64,000 nucleotides of DNA, from assembly GCA_029838215.1 (NCBI GenBank), contig JALGVI010000002.1, forward strand, positions 1 to 64,000, written 5' to 3'. The notes beneath the pieces were generated by a model, which was not told the DNA's origin, did not search any database, and saw nothing but the letters and a program-made list of their open reading frames with translations. Below are positions 9,649 to 20,000 of this stretch, piece after piece (the first letter of the stretch is position 1; every line of letters starts with the position of its first letter). Source of the DNA: Candidatus Helarchaeota archaeon (lineage in GTDB: Archaea; Asgardarchaeota; Lokiarchaeia; Helarchaeales; RDOG01). The position numbers and the translations under genes are program-made.

Positions 9649-10965
9649 ATGACTGAAAAAGTTGTCAAAGATATTGTTTGTTCTTTTTGCGGCTGCCTAT
9701 GTGATGACATAGAAGCCCTCATTGATGAAGATAAAAATCAACTAATCGAAACATATAACGCCTGTACTCTCGGCTTTCATAAAATTTCTGCTTTATCCGA
9801 AGACCATCGAGTCATGAAACCAATGATTAGAAAAAATGGAGAATTGGTGGAAGTCTCCTTGGAAGAAGCAATCGAAAAAGCCGCCCAAATCCTCGTGGAC
9901 GCAAAATGGCCGCTTCTCTATGGATGGTCATCAACATCAAACGAAGCAATATCAGCAGGTCTTGAATTAACCGAAGAAGTTCAAGGTGTCATGGACAATA
10001 CCGCCTCGGTGTGCCACGGACCCAGCCTTCTTGCAGTGCAAGATTCAGGATACTCCGGGTCGACACTCGGAGATGTCAAGAACAGGGCAACCGTGATTGT
10101 ATACTGGGCATCAAACCCCATGGCAGCTCACCCAAGGCACCTTGCACGATATACGACGTTCATGCGAGGTTACTTCAGGGAAAGAGGCGTGAAAGACCGA
10201 ACATTAGTCGTTGTCGATCCCCGAAATACCGATACTGCAAAAATAGCAGATCATTTTTATCAAATCAAACCAAATGGCGACTATGAACTGGTCGCAGCAT
10301 TACGTGCAGCCATCCGAGGACTTGAATTAAAACAAGATGAAGTCGCAGGCTTGCCAAAAGAAAAAATCTTGGAAATGGCAAAACTCCTAAAAGAAGCAGA
10401 TTACGGAGCTCTATTTTTCGGACTTGGACTGACAATGAGCAAGGGAAAACACCGCAACGTTGATAACGCCATTTCTCTCATTAGAGACTTGAATTCATAC
10501 GGAAAATGGGTATTGGCACCTATGAGAGGCCATTACAACGTTGCAGGAGCAAACGTGGTTTCGGGCTGGACAACAGGATACGGTTTTGCAATTGACTTTT
10601 CATTGGGTTACCCGCGATATAACCCGGGTGAATATACATCCGTTGACATGCTTTGTCGAGAAGAACCCGATGCAATGTTGAGCATCGCTGCAGACCCCGC
10701 GGGAAACTTCCCCGCAAAAGCAGTTAAACACATGCATAAGATTCCCGTCATCAATATTGATCCCCATTACACGCCCACGACCGAAGTTTCGGATGTCGTG
10801 ATCCCCGTATCAATTGTTGGCGTCGAAGCTGAAGGAACTGCTTACCGCATGGATCGGGTACCAATCCGCCTGAGAAAATTCCTCAACCCTCCTGAAGGAA
10901 TCCTCTCGGACGAAGAAATACTCAAGAAAATCATCGCAAAAGCAAAAGAAATCAAGGCAAAATAA
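9649..10965 (+). CDS. fwdB: Formylmethanofuran dehydrogenase subunit B (Cys form)
   Basis: CSFCGCLCDD, CTLG, NTASVCHGPS (metal ligand is Cys, TGC at 10012-10014), HPRH..RY, MRGHYNVAG, GTAYRMDRVP. Confidence 0.95.
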   Translation: MTEKVVKDIVCSFCGCLCDDIEALIDEDKNQLIETYNACTLGFHKISALSEDHRVMKPMIRKNGELVEVSLEEAIEKAAQILVDAKWPLLYGWSSTSNEAISAGLELTEEVQGVMDNTASVCHGPSLLAVQDSGYSGSTLGDVKNRATVIVYWASNPMAAHPRHLARYTTFMRGYFRERGVKDRTLVVVDPRNTDTAKIADHFYQIKPNGDYELVAALRAAIRGLELKQDEVAGLPKEKILEMAKLLKEADYGALFFGLGLTMSKGKHRNVDNAISLIRDLNSYGKWVLAPMRGHYNVAGANVVSGWTTGYGFAIDFSLGYPRYNPGEYTSVDMLCREEPDAMLSIAADPAGNFPAKAVKHMHKIPVINIDPHYTPTTEVSDVVIPVSIVGVEAEGTAYRMDRVPIRLRKFLNPPEGILSDEEILKKIIAKAKEIKAK

Positions 10966-11090
10966 AATCATTAATTTCTTTTTTACGATTTTTTTTTCTC
11001 TTTCTTTAGAAAATAGAAACAAAGATAGATTATTTCAATTCTAAGAATTTTCATTTTCTTTTATGACCCTTATCAGTAATTTTTAAATAA

Positions 11091-11140
11091 TGTGAGACTC
11101 ATGAAGCCATTAAACAACAAAATGCAGGTGAGGTCTCATA
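11091..11140 (+). other. K-turn/SECIS-like RNA hairpin candidate
   Basis: TGTGAGAC (11091-98) pairs with GTCTCATA (11133-40); AUGA (11101-04) faces UGAG (11129-32) as tandem G.A pairs; A-rich apical loop; upper helix short and imperfect. Confidence 0.3.
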
Positions 11141-11353
11141 AAGAAAAACATCGACCTAAAATTTTTTGAATCTAAGAAAGAAGGAGATTTTAGCGAATTG
11201 ACACAAAATCCCGAAGTTCAAAGGTGGCTCATAGATGGTCTCCCAATTCAACCTTGTCAATTATATTATCACAAAATTCACCAGAGTCTGAATTTGTGGG
11301 CATGAATTCTAAATGGATAAAATAGGAATTTTTAAATATTGTAATATTGTAAA

Positions 11354-11614
11354 ATGGTCTTAATGACAATCCGAATAAAACTTCCTGAAGAAATCGAATT
11401 GAAATTTAGAGAGATTGCAATGAAAAAATATGGCTTCGGAAAAGGTTCACTAACAAAGGCAGCAACCCATGCGATCATTCAATGGATTGCTTTTAATGAC
11501 AAAATAAATCCCGTGGAAAAACCGACTGATGAATTAAAAGGCATGTTGAAAAATGTAAAAGGCACTTCATTAGATTTACAGCACGAAGCCTCAAGCCTTT
11601 TTCTTAAGAGGTAG
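11354..11614 (+). CDS. Antitoxin, ribbon-helix-helix type
   Basis: TIRIKLPEEIELKFREIAMKKYG..GSLTKAATHAI pattern; directly upstream of a PIN gene. Confidence 0.8.
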   Translation: MVLMTIRIKLPEEIELKFREIAMKKYGFGKGSLTKAATHAIIQWIAFNDKINPVEKPTDELKGMLKNVKGTSLDLQHEASSLFLKR

Positions 11615-11619
11615 TCGTC

Positions 11620-12030
11620 GTGTATTTTATTGATGCCAACATTTTCCTTGAGGTGATGTTAAATCAGAAACAATCCCAAGATTGCATTGAATTTCTAAAA
11701 AAGTTAGAAAAAGGCAAATTCAACGGAATGATTAATGATTTTCTATTATATTCAATTTGCTTGACGATCATCCGGGAGACATCAGACTTGAACTTGGTAT
11801 CGAAATTTCTCAAGGTGATGAATTCCTATGAAAATTTGATGATTTACCATCCAAGCATTCCTGACCTATTACGAGCTCTTTCTTTCATGGACGAGTTTCA
11901 ATTGGATTTTGACGATTCGTTGGTCTTGTCTTGCATGAAAATATTGGAAATCAAAAAGCTCGTATCATTTGATAGGCATTTTGATAAAATTCCTTCAATA
12001 CAACGATTAAAACCACCATCTTTACGATGA
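11620..12030 (+). CDS. vapC: VapC-family PIN domain toxin
   Basis: YFIDANIFLE, LDFDDSLVL, LVSFDRHFD acidic PIN motifs. Confidence 0.92.
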   Translation: MYFIDANIFLEVMLNQKQSQDCIEFLKKLEKGKFNGMINDFLLYSICLTIIRETSDLNLVSKFLKVMNSYENLMIYHPSIPDLLRALSFMDEFQLDFDDSLVLSCMKILEIKKLVSFDRHFDKIPSIQRLKPPSLR

Positions 12031-12148
12031 ATGATAAATTAAAATTATTGATCGGCTACCTTTGCAAACAAATCTCATAAAATCCATCAATCCGAATTTC
12101 CAGATTAAATTTTTAACAGAGACGAAATAAATTGAATTCAAGATTTGG

Positions 12149-13933
12149 GTGATTAAAATTTATCAAGACGCGGACAGTAAATATACTGTTGAGATCGTGG
12201 AAAATATCGATTTTATCACAAAACACGATGGTGAAATTAAGGAGTCTGTCGTAAAAGGTCAGGTGATCGTGAAAAACGGTGCTGTTCGAGATAATATTTG
12301 GGATATCAATATTTCTCTTGATAAGACAGATAAGACAGATCTTATGGATGAGAAGATTCACATCTTGGAGTTAGAGCCACAAGAAGAATGGACTCAAGAA
12401 TACAAGATAGACACAGAAGATGCGGAACTCCTTCTAGAAATTGATGAAGAAATCAATGTCATTCCTGATACGGAGGAAAAGAGCACGACTTTGGTCCTAA
12501 ATCAGAAACATGAGCCTCATTTTACAATAACAATCAAGAATATCAGCTCCACGACCATAAAAGAAATAGAAATAGTGAGGAACATACCTGAAATCTTTCG
12601 AAATGTTAAAATTCGAGATGATGGAGTGGGAAAGGCTAAACGAAAGGAAGGACAGATCGTATGGACAATTGAAGAATTGGATCCTGACCAATCGACTCAG
12701 CTTGAGTTTACAGCAGTAATAACTCCTGAAGAGAAAGAACCAGTAAATTCTGGGCAAATAAAAGCAACATATTCGGTTTCAGGTGGCACGTTTTCCAGCA
12801 TTGAAGTAAATAATCTTGATGGTTATAGCAAGAATTTCTATGCTGTTGAACGAATAGAACGAGACGAAGAACCAAATGTCTGGGATTGTATCTTCGAATT
12901 TCAAAATCTTTCAGAATTTCGAGTAAAACTCGTGGATGTGCTTCTATATAATAACGATTATACCACAGAGGAGCAAGTATTGGATTTCAAGTCCCAATTA
13001 GATCCCGAAGTTATTTTAGAGCCAATGGAAGAGTGGATCTCAAAAGCTTGGGAATTACAAAGCGAAGAGTTTCCAATGCTTGGTGCCGATGTAAGATTCA
13101 CGGTTATTGGAGATGTAGTTACTCAAACAACAGTCACGGTTGAAATAGAAGCTTTTCAGATGCCAGTCTTAAGTTTATCGGGCAAGAAGGAACTCTCAGA
13201 AACTCAAATTAAGTCATACCGAGAAACCGATATCACAGCCACGACAACAATAAACACGAGTGGAAAGGCACCAGTCGATAAGTTCCACATTGAAGATGAG
13301 ATTCCCCAGCATTTTGATGTCCCTGACACGGAAAACGTGAAAATCACCGTCAATGGAGTGGAGATAAACCCCGATACAATGACTATTAGCTTTGAACCGA
13401 CAACCGATATTGACACCAAACGAACGATGAATATCGATGTTGAAAACGTGTTGGAGCAGGTCGGAACTCTCGGAGATGATTCAACCATAGTACTTAGCTA
13501 TCCGATGAAAGCACTAAATCCGGTTAAGGGCGAAGAATATCAAGCAGGAGTGCTGTTTCAGGCAATAACCGAAGATGGCTCAATAGTCGAACTTTACATG
13601 GAATCTCCCGAGGTAGAAATAGAAATCATTCATTCGAGACGAAGAACGACAGACGCAAGACTTGTTCAAGAAGGTTCTTCAAGAGGTCAATATGTCATAA
13701 TGATCATCCACAAGAACAGAGGTAATTCTCCTGAAGAAAATAAAGTTTTTACAGAATTAATACCTGAGAATTTCAAGCTCATTTCGGCGAAGCCCGAGCC
13801 TGAGCAGGACGGTCAGACTTTGAAGTGGACTTTTAATAAGATTGAACCTGATGAAAAGGTCGATATTGAATTCACCATTGAAGGTACGGATGAATACAAG
13901 GCGAAGCACCTCCAGATTTCATATAAAGTATGA
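12149..13933 (+). CDS. Acidic, all-beta cytoplasmic protein: N-terminal mu-homology-domain-like region plus DUF11/Ig-like domains
   Basis: No signal peptide. aa ~10-225 follow the adaptin-mu/delta-COP MHD motif order. The IP..F...WT...L/I.P...LEF unit recurs at the C-terminus. Confidence 0.6.
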   Translation: MIKIYQDADSKYTVEIVENIDFITKHDGEIKESVVKGQVIVKNGAVRDNIWDINISLDKTDKTDLMDEKIHILELEPQEEWTQEYKIDTEDAELLLEIDEEINVIPDTEEKSTTLVLNQKHEPHFTITIKNISSTTIKEIEIVRNIPEIFRNVKIRDDGVGKAKRKEGQIVWTIEELDPDQSTQLEFTAVITPEEKEPVNSGQIKATYSVSGGTFSSIEVNNLDGYSKNFYAVERIERDEEPNVWDCIFEFQNLSEFRVKLVDVLLYNNDYTTEEQVLDFKSQLDPEVILEPMEEWISKAWELQSEEFPMLGADVRFTVIGDVVTQTTVTVEIEAFQMPVLSLSGKKELSETQIKSYRETDITATTTINTSGKAPVDKFHIEDEIPQHFDVPDTENVKITVNGVEINPDTMTISFEPTTDIDTKRTMNIDVENVLEQVGTLGDDSTIVLSYPMKALNPVKGEEYQAGVLFQAITEDGSIVELYMESPEVEIEIIHSRRRTTDARLVQEGSSRGQYVIMIIHKNRGNSPEENKVFTELIPENFKLISAKPEPEQDGQTLKWTFNKIEPDEKVDIEFTIEGTDEYKAKHLQISYKV

Positions 13934-14007
13934 AAAAAAGAAGAATTTTTGTGCTTCCAATTTTTCTTTCCTTAAAAGAATTTTCTTGGAAGGCTCTATT
14001 TTTTTTG

Positions 14008-17000
14008 TTATTTTTTACCACGTCTTCTCAAGGCCCAATCAAATAAGTCGTGGAATTCTTTAATTTTATATTGGGATGGAAATTCTTCAACGATATTAGC
14101 TTTTGGTTTTTTCGTGCTTTGCGGAATTGTTGTTTTGCGTTTTTTGTAGACATTCAAACCAAAAAGAATGTATGTGCCTTCGATCGGTTGATTTCCACGT
14201 GATGAAGCGATGATCACGCTCTTACCGGTAGAGGAGAGTCCAAAATCTTTCGTGATGTCAATGGTTAATTTTACAATATCTCCTTCGACTTGAACATCTA
14301 TGTTATAGAATTCCCGCTTCTGTTTTGCTTTAAACCTATGCTGTTCAGGATATTTGTAAGCAATCAGTCCAAATGATATATCTGTACCTTCTATGCGTCG
14401 ACCTCCTTTAGAGTTCGCCACGAGTATTGTCTTTCCTTTGGCGGAAGGACCCAACTCCGTTGTAAGATCGAATTTTATGACCATCTTCTTGCCTCTCATC
14501 TCTAAAATGACGTTATCCATTGGTCTAGTCGTTGCATCCTTGATTCTCGATTTTTTAATAATGCGTTTTTTGCTTCTTTTATCGATCTCGCGATATGCAA
14601 GATATATTCCCATGATGGCAATAAATAGAAACGGTAAAAAGATGATTGCAAAAATAATGGCCGTCCAATAGGGCATGTACTCGACTCCAGCAACGGAGAA
14701 AAGTGATAAGTGTGCCATTTCAATCCAAATAAATCCAGCATAACTCTCACCATATAGTTCAAAGTCCGTCGTGTTGATACCATAATCAATCACCCAGTCC
14801 AGATCTGCAGAGATTTTGATCCACAAACCAGTTGTTTCATCAAAATAATAGAGCTGGAGAGTATTCTCATTAATGTCCCAGGGATCAGTGATCACTCCAT
14901 TCCCGTCTCTATCAAGGTCTGCCTCTGTATACATTATGATGAGTATTGCGTCTTGAACCTGAGTTAAAGCCGTGCCATTCGCTGTAACGTCAACTTGCAC
15001 GTATGTTCCTAGCGATCTCATGGTCCAATCGGCCAGACTATGGAATCTTAATGTTCTTGAGGATTCTATCATGGGTATGCCTGAATTCCCTTGTAATCCC
15101 GTAAAATCGACGTACCTGCTCACGTGTATCGTTGGTCTAGACCAGTTTCCAATTGTGATAGAGAGTATGGTATCAGTCGCTTTCACGGTATCTATTTCAT
15201 CAATGACCATTCCGTATAAGTAGTTGGTATCATTATGCATGATGGGCGTTGTTTGATATTCTATTACATACGAACTTGATGTCTTCGTGACGTTCATGTC
15301 TTTAAGATACTTCACGACTCTATTAACATCCAAAAAATAAGCGCGCGAAACCATTACCACTGTTTGAGTTTCTATCCACACGCCACGTCGAACTGTAAAG
15401 TGTCGTGTTGCATTATCCATCATGGCGGTGAGTTCATCACCGGTGTCGCTTAATAATTCGTACATGAGTCCTCCGAGAGTATCATTGCTGGGATCAGGTC
15501 TGCCGACAAGAACAATAAACTGAGCATTGGTGTGATTTGCAGTGAAATTTTCGTAGGAGACGACCGTGACATTGTTTGCCTCTGTGAAATTTGCTGCAAA
15601 CTGAGCATTATAACCATCGGGATCATCTTCGTAACAGAGAATGATGGGCTCGGTAAAATTTGTTACTGTATCGACGTCATCGCCATCAGGAACGCCATCG
15701 TAATCGGTATCATTTACAAATGGATTACTTCCCCATTCTAATTCAATAGCATCAGTAAGCCCATCTCCATCCGTGTCGTTATTAAGCGGGTTCAGCCATA
15801 GATCCACTTCCATTCCGTCCAATAACCCATCATCATCAGTATCACTAAGTGTTGCGTTCGTATTGTGCACCAATTCATCTCCATCCATTAGCCCGTCATC
15901 ATCCGTATCTTGGTCTCGAGGATCACAATTTAGAGCATATTCAAGACCATCCAGCAAGTAATCATCATCAGTATCGGGGAGTAACAGACTTGAATTATTG
16001 AATGAATTACCGGTATATTCCAATAAATCATCTGCACCATCATTGTCCGTATCATTTGAAGCAGGGTTCGATCCGAGCTGAAATTCAATCAAGTCTGAAA
16101 GCCCTTCGCCGTCCGTGTCCGATTTATTATAAGGATTTGACCCGATTAGTAATTCATTTGAATCAGATAACCCGTCTTCATCGGTGTCGTCATTTGTAAG
16201 ATTGGTCCCGATCTCATATTCGTATGCATCAGAAAGTCCATCTCCATCCGTATCCGGATTCCAAGGATGGCTTCTTAATAAAAATTCTTCATAATCAGAT
16301 AATCCATCGAAATCGGTATCAATCATGAAAGGAGAACAATTGACATCGAGATTATAAATTGTCATGTTATTTTTCCACGTGATGCTCCATCCTAAAATCT
16401 CTTCTAGATTTCCTAGCTCATCAGCATCCCAATCATACAAGGAACCGTTAATTTCACGAGGAACCAAAGTCACGTTTTCATGAAATTTCAGGATATTTGG
16501 ATTTGAATTGTTCAGAGTGGGCTGCTCTAAAACATAATAACTCGTATTTGTAACATTCTGAGAAATCGCAAGTCTCATCGGGTAGTGGATCAGATCCCAA
16601 GGAGGCGAATTGCTCGAATTTGTCAATACAAAATTTCTATCTTCCATGCCGTTATGATCAAACTTTCTCACGCACCCCTCGCCTATCCCGGGATCGAAAT
16701 GATCCAAAACATAGACCATTCCGTTTACATCAGTCGCAATATCTATCATGTTTTGGTAACCGTTTGGAAGAGTTGCGATATATTCTCCATCAGAGCTATT
16801 CAACTTGACAATGCGATCCCCATCAAGAGCATATAAGACTTCGTTGGTATCATCAACCGCGATTGCACCCAAGTTATCGAATTGGTCGGGATTGGAGCCA
16901 TAAGAACCATAGGTGCTTGAAAGCGTCCCGTTCGAGAAATACTTGTCAATCTGTGCAATAGAACTGCCGGGATTAAACCTTGCAACATATAGATGTCCGC

Positions 17001-20000
17001 TGGAATCAACATCCACGCCCGTGATTGGTTTTGTACCAACTGCCAGCGAGCCATTCATTAGAGTTCCATTTAGGTAGAACCTGCTAAAGGAATCTCCCGT
17101 TAAATTTTCTACGTAGAGATATTCATTCACATCATCAACCACGACTTTTCCAGGTTTAAATGACAAGGACCAATTATCAAGATAGGTTAGATTAGAATCA
17201 AGTTTAAGGATGAAATAGTCATTACTCGTTCCATTTTGAACCGGCACGTAAACGCTTCCATTCGCATCTACAGCTAATTCTGATGCATTTGCAATAAAAT
17301 CAGGAACATCATTTTCAATATTCACAACGTGGTCTAACACACCACACTTTTCCGTAATGGGAATTCCAACATCTTCTTCTCCATCCCCATTCGTGTCGGA
17401 GGACCTAGGATTTAATCCACTCCAATACTCCGTTTCATCATCGACACCATCCCCATCAGTATCATTGTTTGTGGGGTCCGAGAAAACGCGCATTTCAAAC
17501 ACTTGACCGCTGTAATTAAAGGAAATCACCCAACCAGACACTTCAAGCCAGTCGTAAATGCCATCATTATCTGAATCACTGTTTTTTGGGTCACATCCAT
17601 AAATCATTTCGTGTCCATCAAGTAGGGCATCCTCGTCTGTATCAGCACTCTGTGGATCCGTCCCAATATCCAACTCATATTTATCATTTAAGCCATCAGC
17701 GTCCGTGTCATATCTCAAGACATTGGTCAGTCCTAGGGAAGTCTCATAAGTGTCGTTTAAACCATCTCCATCCCGATCATTCTCAGTAATCACGCCCCAA
17801 TTAAGGAAATCGTTGAGATTTCCAGGCATCACGTCATAATAGAGCGTGTTTAGGTCTTCTGCAGGAGTTTTACCTCGTTGCCAGTCCGTATGCCAACACT
17901 TGAATCCGAAATACCAAACGGGATAGTGATACCATTGTTGCATTAGCTTATACCTTGAAGCTATTTGGAGCTTTACAGGGAAGTTTATCATGCTTATCCC
18001 GGGCTCTATCCATGCAGCCGAATCGTATTTGTCCACCTTTTTGGTCCTTCCATATGGATCTGTATGCGTTCTATTTAATAGAGTGGTTTGAGTATGCCAA
18101 TTATAGGCATTATTATCCAATGAGTGTTCCAAGTTCATGCTAGTGGTCGAACCTGACCCATCCGGTGCATCGATACTTATCCAAGGGACGTTCCAGCTTC
18201 CACTTTGGAGAGTTTTACTTTCACCTTTTCCCTCAATTTTTCCAATCAAGTGTGCCGTTAATTCAATTCGATCGCCCACATCAAGACCGTTTTCATCCCA
18301 ATCGAAGGTTCTCGTCTCCAATGGTCCTTCTACCTGAGTATCAGGTTCGGCATGATGATAGTCGTGAGGACTCCCAAAGAGAACTTGTGCCAGCCATTTA
18401 GTCAGTTTTGACGAGAACCCGAAAATTAAGTCTAGGATAATTATTGCAATCGCTATAACTGCACCGATGACAGACTGAAATAAAACCGCTAACACGATCC
18501 CGTAGACGATAGCCACAATGCTCCCTGCAATTCCGTATGCCGCACCCATCTCCCGTCCCAGTCTCCCTCCAATTGCATTGGCAATCTGAACTCCCGCCCA
18601 GATTGAAAGACCAATCCCTATCAAGACACCGATGACATCTAAAACGTGGGATTTCGTGAGAAATTGCAGTGCCCGCGTGAGTTTTGTAGTTCCGCTGGCC
18701 GCCCCTAACGTGCTAAGCGATCTCAAAGAAGAAACACCCACTCTTGACGAAACCAATACCTTAACTGGCACATCTAGGAGTGACGCGAGAAACCGATATG
18801 CCTGATATGTGAGGACAGCCGTTGCTATCAGGAATAATGCATTCAACCCAGTAAGTGCTACCGCATTCACGATATCCCTCTCCGAGCTTTTAGGGGGTGT
18901 GAAATTTAACGCTATTCCACCCACTCTCGTGGTCTGAGTGATGCCCGTATACCAACGTAACATCATGATCTCCAAAGTAGAAGTGGCATTATCTACAAGC
19001 CCCCAAGTTTCAATTTCATCCATTACCTCTGAAAAATTTAAAGCGACGAAGGTGGAGGAATTATAAAAATTCATCTTTAATGATTTCGTGATTAACAAAT
19101 CTTCACCCGTAAAATCGACTGCCCACGAATCATCCATGATGGACGTATTCACTGCTAGGGTATCGATCATGTCAACCATTTTGGATGCTTCTTCGGTGGC
19201 CATGATGAGAGGAACAATTTGAGAACCCGAGAAGCTGGATAATGCATCAGGGATCATCTCATTACACATGTAGGTGATGGCTTCATAATTATCATCGAAC
19301 GTAAAATTCGATTGATTATGTATTGTGACGTTATTTTCAATCAAAAGTGCAGGCATGTCATCAAGGATAGTCGTGGCATTAAAAGTAAAGGCATTAATCA
19401 TGAACATGTTTGCAGCCATCGTTTGGTTCCTATCTTCATGGTAGAAAATCGAACCGTTACAATTGTAATTCTCTTCCACGCCAAATCCCGTTAGCATGAA
19501 AGGTTCGGTATACGTGGTCAGAGGGGTCTGATCAGGAGCATAACCCTGATCGATCTCCGTGAACCAAGTTTCAGTACCGGTATTAGCGACGAGAAGATCG
19601 TTTGCTCCGACAGTCACGTAATTACCATTATGGGCGCGGAGGCTAATTTGATTTCCGGGACGATTTGCAGTAAACGTTTCAGCATCACCAATTGAACTGG
19701 CATTGCTGGCAAGAATGCCATTACCCATTACAGTTATAAATAGGCCATTTTGGACTTTTAATGCGATTTTATTTTCACCAAGATCAATCCATTGAAGCAT
19801 CCCATCGTTGGCTTCAGTAGCATTGGCAACAAGGACTCCATCGTCCCTGATTGCCACGATATTACCATTACTTGCATTCAATGCTAGTGCTGGCAAGTCC
19901 GTATATCCCGTAACCTTCCAAATAAGCTCAACTTGAAGATCGAGCGTCATTGAAGCTTTTTCAGGATAATAAAAAGAGCCTTGAAACGCAACGATTTTTC

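Noticed and set aside
10012-10014. Selenocysteine in FwdB
   Set aside because: The codon is TGC (Cys) and the ORF has no in-frame TGA.
11270-11298. Imperfect inverted repeat CACAAAATTCA...TGAATTTGTG upstream of the RHH antitoxin
   Set aside because: Plausibly an ordinary TA autoregulatory operator; not novel and not verifiable here.
14008-14590. YxxPhi sorting signal in the giant protein's tail binding the neighbouring MHD-like protein
   Set aside because: The only match (YILF) lies inside a predicted folded beta-strand, such 4-mers are common, and the two genes are merely convergent.
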